Shown one piece after another: positions 56,075-64,000 of a stretch of DNA of 64,000 bases (its first letter is position 1; each line of letters opens with the position of its first letter). A program made the translations under genes and the position numbers. The notes beneath the pieces are model-generated. The model had not been told where the DNA came from. It searched no databases and saw only the letters and a program-made list of their open reading frames with translations. The DNA is from a virus (lineage: Duplodnaviria; Caudoviricetes), in IMG/VR virus record IMGVR_UViG_3300036851_000198, positions 1,829 to 65,828 of that record, one strand, 5' to 3'.

Positions 56075-56269
56075 TCACAGATCGGTGCTCTTCCAGTTCT
56101 CAAGTGCCTCGTACATGATGTCTTGCGCTCTCACGAATGCGCGGATTGCGTCGTGCTCGCTGGAGTGACCTTCACCGGTGGCGACTACCTCTCCGTTGCC
56201 AGCCTTCAGTCGCCAGCGGTACTCGCCGGGGCTGCCTTCATCCTGATAGAACTCGACTTTTGGTCTCAT
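56075..56269 (-). CDS. YegP/DUF1508 family protein
   Basis: GEYRWRLKAGNGEVVATGEGH. Confidence 0.85.
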   Translation of the reverse strand: MRPKVEFYQDEGSPGEYRWRLKAGNGEVVATGEGHSSEHDAIRAFVRAQDIMYEALENWKSTDL

Positions 56270-56273
56270 GAAG

Positions 56274-56519
56274 TTACCTCCGTAGGTGTTCGAAAGAGGC
56301 GTTTTCAATAGCTTCGATAAGCGCGACGATTCCATGCGCCAGTAGCCTCCGTTCTGCCTGCCTTTGATCGGCAAGAAGCGTTAGCTGTAGCGACATTATC
56401 TCTTCATCTGTTTTGTTAGCCGCATCTGCTTCGACTGCTGCTCGCTCGATGTCGAGTTGATTCGAGTATGCAAAGATGGTTTCCTTCAGGATTTTTTCCA
56501 ATTGATCCTCACTTCCCAA
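56274..56519 (-). CDS. hypothetical protein; start uncertain
   Basis: helical ORF. Confidence 0.5.
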   Translation of the reverse strand: MGSEDQLEKILKETIFAYSNQLDIERAAVEADAANKTDEEIMSLQLTLLADQRQAERRLLAHGIVALIEAIENASFEHLRR

Positions 56520-56545
56520 CCCGGTATGTAATGATCAAGCATCAT
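56486..56545 (-). pseudogene. displaced original 3' end of the glycosyltransferase gene
   Basis: MMLDHYIPGWEVRINWKKS* aligns with the present end KMLDEFCPDWKKRINWTKR*. Confidence 0.75.
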
Positions 56546-57066
56546 CTGATATCCTTCAAACACCTTATGATTGGAGTTTGTGATACACCATATTCTACTG
56601 CTAACCTTCTTATCAATCCGTGTTTATATTTCGCATTGATGTATTTGTTTCTGATCTCTTCCGCTTGCGCTCTGTCTATTTTTGAATGAGCAACCCCCAT
56701 CTTCTGTTTTGTTTCGTTTGTGAGTCGCTTTCCGGTATTTGCCATTGAAATTTTCAATGCCGTTTCTTTTGTTATGACTCTTCCCTTCGCTGCGATACTC
56801 AATTTTGATCGGTATTCATCGCCAATCAACTTGCCCTTATGGTGGAGGCTGGTGTGACACCGAAGGTGCATGAATCGAAGATTTGACGGATTGTTATTTG
56901 CACTATCAAAATCAAAATGGTGGATAGCGATTCTTTCCTGTACGCCTACAAACTTTACACCATCCCAGTATGATTCGGTTTCCTTTCCACAACCCCAACA
57001 ATTATGAGGTCCTTCCCCAAATTTTCCATGAAAGCTCTTGTGGTGCTTCCATTTGCTTGCGCTCAT
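56542..57066 (-). CDS. HNH homing endonuclease with NUMOD3 repeats
   Basis: IHHFDFDSANNNPSNL...CHTSLH; ETALKISMANTGK; AT-rich. Confidence 0.9.
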   Translation of the reverse strand: MSASKWKHHKSFHGKFGEGPHNCWGCGKETESYWDGVKFVGVQERIAIHHFDFDSANNNPSNLRFMHLRCHTSLHHKGKLIGDEYRSKLSIAAKGRVITKETALKISMANTGKRLTNETKQKMGVAHSKIDRAQAEEIRNKYINAKYKHGLIRRLAVEYGVSQTPIIRCLKDIR

Positions 57067-57875
57067 CTTTTAGTCCAGTTTATCCTTTTCTTCCAGTCGG
57101 GACAGAATTCATCTAACATCTTCTTCCAGCGACAGACTAGGTTTCCTCCCATCCTCGGTTTGTTTATATACTCCGGCCACCTTTCGTGCATCATTCTATG
57201 GCAGGAGAACTCGGCTTGGGCTCTCCGGTCCTCGTCCTCATCGTGCAGCGCATTCAATCCTCCCTGTTCATGTCGTCCGCCGATACTCACGCCCTGCACG
57301 CCCGCGTGAACGTACCATGTGTAGCCATAGCGTGCGATTCCTTCGCGGACGATTTCATTGTCGCTCCCAAAGGTATGCAATCGGCTGTCGAAGTTGCCAC
57401 ACTTCAGTGCCCGTGCTATGTCGAGCGAGAACAGGCGCTTGCCCATCGCGTTCGTCATCAAGAGCGGGTCGTCGCGCTCGCGTATTGTGTTGTTTCCGAA
57501 CGTTAGTCCGTAGAATGGCAGCATGGCGCCGATGCCTAGCGTGCGGAGTCTGTCGAATTCCATCAGACGATTGACGTCACTATCCGGATGCGGGTACAGA
57601 TCGTCGTCCGCCATGATGATGCGCGCTATTCCCCAGGAGTCTGCCAAATCAACTATCCATGATCGTGCGTAGGCGATACCTCGATTCGACTTTGGTAGTG
57701 TTAGGACGCTGTGCACATTCTTGAACGGACTTCCTGAGATTAGCTCTAGGTGGCTCGGTGTATCTTCGCGCTCGCCTACGATGTGGATCTCAACGTCCTG
57801 CTCCTGCCACTTCGGAAGCACCTTCTCAAGACAATGCAGGCGGCGTTTCGTTGGTATGAATACGACGGACTTCAT
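57063..57875 (-). CDS. GT-A fold glycosyltransferase (TAGT/GREB1-like), putative DNA modification
   Basis: FIPTKRR, GIAYARSWI, IMADDDL, late GG motif. Confidence 0.7.
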   Translation of the reverse strand: MKSVVFIPTKRRLHCLEKVLPKWQEQDVEIHIVGEREDTPSHLELISGSPFKNVHSVLTLPKSNRGIAYARSWIVDLADSWGIARIIMADDDLYPHPDSDVNRLMEFDRLRTLGIGAMLPFYGLTFGNNTIRERDDPLLMTNAMGKRLFSLDIARALKCGNFDSRLHTFGSDNEIVREGIARYGYTWYVHAGVQGVSIGGRHEQGGLNALHDEDEDRRAQAEFSCHRMMHERWPEYINKPRMGGNLVCRWKKMLDEFCPDWKKRINWTKR

Positions 57876-58144
57876 GGCCCTGTGTCGTAAATAGCCCGTC
57901 TAATATCAGCCATGGCGCCTTTGTACTCTTCCTCCACAAAAAGTCCTTCTTCAATACGACCCAGTACTGATTGGATTGACAGAAGAGCGCCGGTTATCGC
58001 TTTGGCATCGAGACTAACACCTTCGTGAAATAAGAGTTGTCTAGCAAATTCAGCATACTCTCCTGTTGACGATGAATCGCTAGGGATTTCAACTCTGCTA
58101 CCGTCGGCAAAGTTGATGAACCAATCTGGATTCTCTACGTCCAT
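57872..58144 (-). CDS. hypothetical protein
   Basis: AAGGAG SD, ATGA overlap. Confidence 0.65.
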   Translation of the reverse strand: MDVENPDWFINFADGSRVEIPSDSSSTGEYAEFARQLLFHEGVSLDAKAITGALLSIQSVLGRIEEGLFVEEEYKGAMADIRRAIYDTGP

Positions 58145-58155
58145 ATCTGCTCCTT

Positions 58156-58989
58156 TTACGGTCTGATTACCCAGAGCTTGTTTACTTGTACGCCGTAACG
58201 TGGCTTACGGCCCGTGACCAACAATAGATCGCCTTCCTCTAGGTTGAATAGGTAATCTTTGTACTTCGGGAACCTCCATCTGTTGAGTTTTAGCATTGTC
58301 TGGTCGTTCTCGTCGCGGGCATACAGGATGGCGAACTCGCGCAGATGCGGGTCCTTCATCGTGCTCAGATCTACCACCGTGCCGCGTGCCTGGTTCACTT
58401 CTCCTATGTCTCTAATGTTGTACTTTACGAGTTCACCCAGCCAAACTACTCGCCTGCCCTGCTCTTCCTCATCTAGCTCGCGAGCGTTGTGTGTTGGGTA
58501 TGGCAAGCTATCGGCTCCGTCCCGCAGCGCCTCCGACTTCAATTCGCGCTTGACCGCCTTGATCGACTTCTCAAGCCGGTAGATGTCGAATGGGTCGTCC
58601 TGCTCTAGCCACTCTTTGATCTTCTCGATTGACTTCGGACCAATGCCGCTGACTGCGATTAGTTCGTCCCATTGCCTGGGGTCGAACTCGATGATCTTCT
58701 CGGCGGTCTTGGGTCCGATCTTGTCTATCTGGGTATACCCTGCGACGATGCGCTTGCGCTTTAGTTTGCCATTCCAATCAGGCTTCCAGCTTACATCCGA
58801 CTTGCCTGGCACCGGCTTGAGCACCTTGATGTTGTGCTTCTCCGCGTCCCGAAGGATGTCTCGTTGCTTGTGCTCTCCGTAGTGGCGCGCACTGGCTGCA
58901 TAAAAGGCAGTTGGATAGTGAACCTTGAACCACATCGTCCAATATGCTAGCAACCCGTAGGCAACGCAATGGGCTGCGTTGAATGCGTA
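58156..58989 (-). CDS. dnaE: DNA polymerase III alpha, segment 3 (fingers end, HhH, OB fold)
   Basis: YAFNAAHCVAYGLLAYWTMWFKVHYP, IDKIGPKTA; joined to segment 2 across a 5-nt gap. Confidence 0.85.
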   Translation of the reverse strand, partial: YAFNAAHCVAYGLLAYWTMWFKVHYPTAFYAASARHYGEHKQRDILRDAEKHNIKVLKPVPGKSDVSWKPDWNGKLKRKRIVAGYTQIDKIGPKTAEKIIEFDPRQWDELIAVSGIGPKSIEKIKEWLEQDDPFDIYRLEKSIKAVKRELKSEALRDGADSLPYPTHNARELDEEEQGRRVVWLGELVKYNIRDIGEVNQARGTVVDLSTMKDPHLREFAILYARDENDQTMLKLNRWRFPKYKDYLFNLEEGDLLLVTGRKPRYGVQVNKLWVIRP

Positions 58990-58994
58990 CAGTA

Positions 58995-61298
58995 CGAGCC
59001 GGAAGTAATCATACTCATCCAGGCTCGTTTGGCAATCACCTCCTCAATCTTCGGGTAGTCGGTTCGTTTGTGTAACGTTTGACACCCTTCCCAAAATCTA
59101 CCCCAACTTCGGTTGAACTCCTGCTCGCCTATCTTCCGGCTGATGATCTTGCGAATGTACGCGGCGTGCGTCCACGGGAAGTCTCCCACTTCTCGTACAA
59201 TGCGTAGGATCTGTTCCTGATAGACGATCTGAAACTGCGTGTCTGCGGTGATCGCATCAATCGCAGGGTGAAGTCTCTCCGGTTCTGCCCGTCCAAACTT
59301 GATAGCAGCATACGCACTTGCTGCCCCATTGTGAAGAGGGCCGGGTCGAGATAGAGCGTTGCAGTCCATGATCTCGATAAACTTCTCTGGCTTGAGGATT
59401 TGACACACAGATCGCATCGCACGCCCATCAAATTGAAAGACCGCTGTGACATCGTTCTCCTTGAACCCTTTGTATACCCTTTGGTCATCGAGCGGGATCG
59501 AGTACAGATCGTCAAGGTCCATATTGCACCACTTGAGCATTGTCCAGAGCGCACTCATGGTACTCAGGCCCAGGAAGTCGATCTTGAGTAGTCCCTGCCG
59601 CTCCGCGTCGTACTTGTCGAATGCAACAACGTCGGCATAGGTGTCCTTGATCTTCTTGCGATAGATCGCCGCCACGTCGCTAATCGGACCGCTGGATACA
59701 ACGTATGCCGCTGCGTGTACCCCTGACCCTCTGACGTTGCCCTCCAATAGCTGCGCTTCGCGGAGCTTTGGGAACCGTTCTATCACGTCTTGTGCCTGCG
59801 GGAACTGCTCGATGGTGTCCTCGACGGTAGCGCTGGCACGTAGGTCGCCTGAGCTTCGCTCTATGAGGAACGACTTGATCGTCTCAACCTCAAACTTCGG
59901 GATCTTGTAGACGCGAGCGATATCGTCCAGAGAGTTCTTGCCCTTGAAGTACACAAACGTGCCGATGTTAGCTACGTGCCCGTCATACTTCTTCTCCAGA
60001 TACTCGCGCAGGATGCCGGTGTCGCGAACTTCGGATGGGAAGTCGATGTCGATGTCGGGCAAGTCCTCGCGGGTTACGTCGATGAATCGCTCAAAGATCA
60101 GAAGCGGGAAGCGCATCGGATCGACTTCCGTGATGCGCATGACGAACGCTACCAAGCTACCTGCCGCCGAGCCTCGCGCCGGTCCTACTGGTATGCCTTT
60201 GTTCTTGATGAAGACGATGGCGTCCGCGACGATGAGGAAGTAGTTTTCATACCCCTTCTGTTCGATCATCTCGACTTCGTACTTGAGCCTCTTCCTGTAC
60301 TTCGCTCTCTCTGCGCCGGTGAGCTTGTCGAAGCCCCGGTACTTCCAGCCCTCGCGGATCTGGTGACGCCAGAAATCCTTGGCGGTTTTGTAACCCGGCG
60401 GCAGTGGGAACGTTGGCATATCCAGGCGCGGCAGGGTGACGGTGCATTCCTCGGCTATGTCTGCCGTCGTCTGGATCGCCTCTATTGCCTGACTCTGTGT
60501 AAGTCCGGTCCCTTTGAGCTTCCGTAGGATGGTCGAATCGTTGATGGGAGGGGCCAATCCGATGTCGTATCCCCAATCTCTCTCCAATTCCTCCGTAGTG
60601 CGCTTCTCGCCAGGACGTAGGCCGTGCAGTATTTTCTGAACCTCGGCCTCTTCCAGAGCTGTGTAGTGGCAGTCCATCGAGGCCACCAGTCGGCTTCCAA
60701 TACGATGCGCAATCCGAGCGAGTAGCTTGTTTGCTTGTCGAGTTCTCTCAAGCTCAGGAAATCCTTGTACCTCGACGAAATAATCACCGCCGAAATGACG
60801 TTTGAATTCCCTGGCAACTTTGAGTCCGCGACCAAATGACGCATGTTTCTCGTCTAGCCCCTTTCCGCCGACCGTTGAGCAGAACAACAGGCTGCCTGCG
60901 CAGCCCGACATTATGACTAGCCCCTTCTTGTGTTTGCAGAGTGTATCAAACCTTATTGTCGGTTCGTACCTGAACCCCGTCTGTCCTGCATCTGCCGGTT
61001 CACCATTAGGCCCTCTCTCCCAAGAGAGGTTCATCAGTTTGAGCAGGTTCCTGTAGCCGACCGCGTTCTTGGCGAGCACTGTGAGGTGCATCTTGCGCTG
61101 TCCGCGATTGTCCCACGGGCACGGCATGTAAATCTCGCATCCAAAGATCGGCTTGACGCCCTTGATCTTCTCGCACGCTTCCTCAAACTTGACGTGGCTG
61201 TCGATATTGCCGTGCTCGGTCATGACCATCGCAGACATGTTCAACTCGGTAGCCCGACGCACATGAGCCTCGGGCATCTGGTACCCATCGAGATATGA
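58995..61298 (-). CDS. dnaE: DNA polymerase III alpha, segment 2 (PHP, palm, thumb, fingers)
   Basis: SYLDG, GPARGSAAGS, REDLPDIDIDF, GVHAAA, KIDFLGL, VFQF, YQEQ. Confidence 0.95.
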
Positions 61299-61305
61299 CT
61301 AAAGA

Positions 61306-61533
61306 GAAGGTCGAATGATGGTGCAAACTTGCAAACCTCATCGACCTTCTATTCCCCCTCACCACCTTCCGTACAAAGATCGGAGGATCTTTGTGTACTG
61401 CTATCTTGTCGGCTGCCAGACTGTGAGCAAGCGGACCGCGCACCCTCTTTGTTTTGGTTTTGTCCACTTCCTTATCTCGCCAAGATCCGCTGGAGCCTTT
61501 GCCCCAGTTATCGCCACCTGATGTCTTAGGCAC
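61306..61533 (-). CDS. dnaE: DNA polymerase III alpha, segment 1 (N-terminus; alternative start 61341)
   Basis: MRFASLHHHSTF, first half of PHP motif I; joined to segment 2 across a 7-nt gap. Confidence 0.8.
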
Positions 61534-61693
61534 TAGTTTCTCCTAGTTGGATCAGTGCCTCGCCCAGAATCTCTCTATTTTGGTCACGAGGAAATGAGAA
61601 ACCATCATCGTAAGCCATTGCCAATCTAATTGCCCACAGCACTCCTTCGCGCTGATCATCAGTCAGGAAGTAAATGTTACCTTTTGCAGTCAA
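61526..61693 (-). CDS. hypothetical protein
   Basis: TTG start after GGGGAGG, TTGA overlap. Confidence 0.55.
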   Translation of the reverse strand: MTAKGNIYFLTDDQREGVLWAIRLAMAYDDGFSFPRDQNREILGEALIQLGETSA

Positions 61694-62043
61694 GCCGCCT
61701 CCCCGCTCTGGTCTGGTTTCCAACCAAGAAGGTGCCTCATCAAGAACGCCGTATAGTTCATCAGGTCGAGAGCATCGTCCATGACGTTATATATTCTGTC
61801 GGGGTTATCGGGAAGATCGATGAACGAAAGCGCGTGCTGGATGCGCATCAGCTTAGACCGCATATGATGAGCGGCATCTCCTTCATCGAACTCTGCCCAC
61901 AAGCTATGGTGAACCTCTTCTCGATCGACAAAGATCCTCATGGCCTTCAAGAACAGAGTGAACTGCTTGCGGGTATTGTCGTTCAGCGGGATACCTAGCC
62001 TGGCGTAGATTTCCTCTTCGCCAATGATGTTCTCAACGTGCAT
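61690..62043 (-). CDS. helical nucleotide-modification-associated protein (DUF1599-like)
   Basis: SLW...MRSKLMRI...DDALDLMNYTAF. Confidence 0.6.
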   Translation of the reverse strand: MHVENIIGEEEIYARLGIPLNDNTRKQFTLFLKAMRIFVDREEVHHSLWAEFDEGDAAHHMRSKLMRIQHALSFIDLPDNPDRIYNVMDDALDLMNYTAFLMRHLLGWKPDQSGEAA

Positions 62044-62695
62044 GTTGTTCCTCCCACTTGTCGATATTGGCGTTGATTAGATCTAGAGCCTCGTACATAT
62101 CTCGTGCTTTTGGTGTGTACGATGGCACATTGGCCCTCTTGTTGTGCGGTGTGCTTCTGAGGATCGGAACAAATGACCCGAAGATCGCGGATGCCCATGC
62201 TATCTCTTCTGCAAGGTCATCGAGGACTGCACACACCCTGTTGCTTCCGACTATGTTCGAAAGCTGCACATATTTCTGCTCATCATAGATGAGGCCATCA
62301 TACTTGATGTTGTTCCGTCGCAGCCACTCTCGCGTATCCGGATCTATATTGTCGTGGCGAAGGTACGGCCTAGTGGTCGTCAGCCAAAGTTCGGCCCGTT
62401 CGCGAATCTCTGCGCACGCATTGTCTGATCCAGGGTACCACGGCATGGTGCGCTTCCACGCTCCCTGCCGGTACGTGAGCTTGATATCCGACCAGACATC
62501 CTCGGTAATTCCCCAGCTATTACAGCACCATTCTTTGAAGCCCATGCTGCCGTCGTATGTAGTCGGAAGCAAACCTTCAACACCAAGATACCCTTGTGCG
62601 TGCTTCGTGAAGTGGCCTATGTAGTTGCCGAGCGTCCCGTCAATGTCTATCGCTACAACGGGCTTGATAACTTCGTTACACTTAGTGCAGAACAT
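62033..62695 (-). CDS. HAD-family 5'-nucleotidase-like phosphatase
   Basis: VAIDIDGTL, TTRP, VLDD. Confidence 0.85.
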   Translation of the reverse strand: MFCTKCNEVIKPVVAIDIDGTLGNYIGHFTKHAQGYLGVEGLLPTTYDGSMGFKEWCCNSWGITEDVWSDIKLTYRQGAWKRTMPWYPGSDNACAEIRERAELWLTTTRPYLRHDNIDPDTREWLRRNNIKYDGLIYDEQKYVQLSNIVGSNRVCAVLDDLAEEIAWASAIFGSFVPILRSTPHNKRANVPSYTPKARDMYEALDLINANIDKWEEQHAR

Positions 62696-63053
62696 CGGGC
62701 TTTGGTTCCTCTCCATTGTCGATAAAGTTCACCATAGCCCTGCCTACCCCGAGTCGGATTGAGTCGCGAAGCTTGTCTATCATCTGCGGCTCTCGCTTCC
62801 TCGCTTCATCGCTCATATATCCTTTGAACTCAAGGAACTTACCTGCCACCATCGTGCGAAGAATGATGTCCCACTTGTAGTAACTGTATTCGCTCGGCGC
62901 TATTTCTTCCCATTCCATAGGAGGCTTGTACTTCATCAAGATCCAATGCGCGACTCTTGCAGATTGATCTTCAAATCCTCCTTTGAAGACTTCCGGCATG
63001 TCGTCGCGTAGTTGTTTGGAGAGATCCTCAACTAGTTGGCTGTACGTCTTCAT
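62682..63053 (-). CDS. hypothetical protein
   Basis: AAGGAG SD. Confidence 0.6.
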   Translation of the reverse strand: MKTYSQLVEDLSKQLRDDMPEVFKGGFEDQSARVAHWILMKYKPPMEWEEIAPSEYSYYKWDIILRTMVAGKFLEFKGYMSDEARKREPQMIDKLRDSIRLGVGRAMVNFIDNGEEPKPDVLH

Positions 63054-63453
63054 GAGCGCGCATCTCCTTTTGGAGTTCCTCGTCGCCGTATCTGATTGCC
63101 AACCACCTGACGATGTAGTCGATTACCGACTTGACTTCCGGTATCTCTGGATTGTCTGTTTCTCCGAATGGCTCGAACTTCATGTGGCTGAGCTTTCGAC
63201 AGATCATCGGTAGCTCGGCTCCGTACTGGAGCGATATGGACAACATAACAGCGAATGCCTGCACCCATCCTTCAAGTGTACTTCCGGACTTTCCCCATCC
63301 CGTCAGAAATACCTCCCTTAGTCTGCCGTTCTCGTCTACATTGGCGGTTATGTATCCCTCTTGTTGCTGACCGTCGCGAGAATAGATGTGTACCTTATGG
63401 GTGATACCGTATCTAGGATCGTGCAATTTGTGGCGCATCGGCTCTACAGACAC
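63028..63453 (-). CDS. stand-alone TSCPD-type domain (class II ribonucleotide reductase C-terminal)
   Basis: GYITAN..ENGRLREVFL..GKSGST...SISLQYG...KFEP.G.T.NPEI....SVIDYI.RWL. Confidence 0.85.
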   Translation of the reverse strand: MSVEPMRHKLHDPRYGITHKVHIYSRDGQQQEGYITANVDENGRLREVFLTGWGKSGSTLEGWVQAFAVMLSISLQYGAELPMICRKLSHMKFEPFGETDNPEIPEVKSVIDYIVRWLAIRYGDEELQKEMRAHEDVQPTS

Positions 63454-63830
63454 AGTCTCTTGCCGATCCCATTTTCTCTGTAACAATCCAGATCGCAATA
63501 GAATGTTCGCCTTCCATGACGATAGCTATAGCGTTGGTGCTCTGACATGTCAAATACATCTGCGCATCCTGCGCATGACATAGTGGATGGGGCTTCTTTG
63601 CGCTTTCTGTTTGTGTTAGGACGGTGTATCTTCATATGCTCCGATTGATTTGGTAGCAACTGAAGGTTGGATATGTCATCATTCGCAGGATTTTCATCTA
63701 TATGATGAACTACCTCTTCTGGTAGAAGCTTCCTACACAGGTGTTCCTCCATAACGAATCTTGATCTGCGCATCCGTCCCCTACCCGGAACTGTAATGAA
63801 ATACCTATCGCTACTTGGTTGCAGACCCAT
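63444..63830 (-). CDS. HNH homing endonuclease
   Basis: VMEEHLCRKLLPEEVVHHIDENPANDDISNLQLL..QSEH. Confidence 0.9.
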   Translation of the reverse strand: MGLQPSSDRYFITVPGRGRMRRSRFVMEEHLCRKLLPEEVVHHIDENPANDDISNLQLLPNQSEHMKIHRPNTNRKRKEAPSTMSCAGCADVFDMSEHQRYSYRHGRRTFYCDLDCYRENGIGKRLCL

Positions 63831-64000
63831 TAGCTTACCAGATTCTTGTCGCTCATAGATTCAATGGTATCCTCGAACGCGTGGTGTGTCAATATACCTG
63901 GCTGCCACTTACCCATTCTGCCTGCTTTGACTAGGTTCGGGTGGCACTCGCAATCGGTCCCGGCGACTTTGAATCCCAAATCCCATTCCGGATGGTCGTC
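63830..64000 (-). CDS. C-terminus of an FAD-dependent oxidoreductase (UDP-galactopyranose-mutase-like), partial
   Basis: TDCECHPNLVKAGRMGKWQPGILTHHAF*; only the last about 55 codons are visible. Confidence 0.55.
   Translation of the reverse strand, partial: DDHPEWDLGFKVAGTDCECHPNLVKAGRMGKWQPGILTHHAFEDTIESMSDKNLVS

Noticed and set aside
58987-61305. dnaE gaps as group I/II introns or a split intein
   Set aside because: Five and seven nt cannot hold a ribozyme. No register gives both an exon-terminal U and an intron-terminal G. No intein sequence follows the Cys codon, and the +1 residue would be Ala.

Overview
This window is a 64-kb piece of a tailed dsDNA phage with a contractile tail. The host is probably a high-GC actinobacterium, inferred from an Rpf-type transglycosylase and actinophage-like gene content. 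Layout: leftward small-gene operon with HNH endonucleases and GroES (1-8.3 kb); a large structured non-coding block; rightward RuvC, PD-(D/E)xK nuclease and primase-polymerase followed by an iteron origin (8.9-14.2 kb); a leftward early operon punctuated by long hairpins (14.3-16.7 kb); a rightward late region with terminase, inserted lysis and fibre genes, Mu-like portal, capsid, sheath, tube, tape measure, baseplate and membrane proteins (17-49.1 kb); and a leftward DNA-metabolism arm with MazG, Rpf, a micro-gene cassette array, ThyX, a glycosyltransferase, DnaE, a HAD phosphatase and TSCPD (49.2-64 kb). The strongest signal is in the DnaE gene, which is otherwise intact but broken by two tiny coding gaps (7 nt and 5 nt). 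Each gap sits inside a conserved motif and is bracketed by matched codons with a rare codon next (UCU-UUA-G-UCA; UAC-UG-UAC), as expected for programmed translational bypassing. Other highlights: a FixL-like PAS domain fused to a lysis-type membrane protein, a stand-alone secreted Rpf, HNH genes that bring a replacement 3' end for the gene they invade, and a micro-gene array with a shared junction motif. No tRNA, integrase, CRISPR array or reverse transcriptase was recognised. All product calls come from reading motifs by eye, not from database searches.
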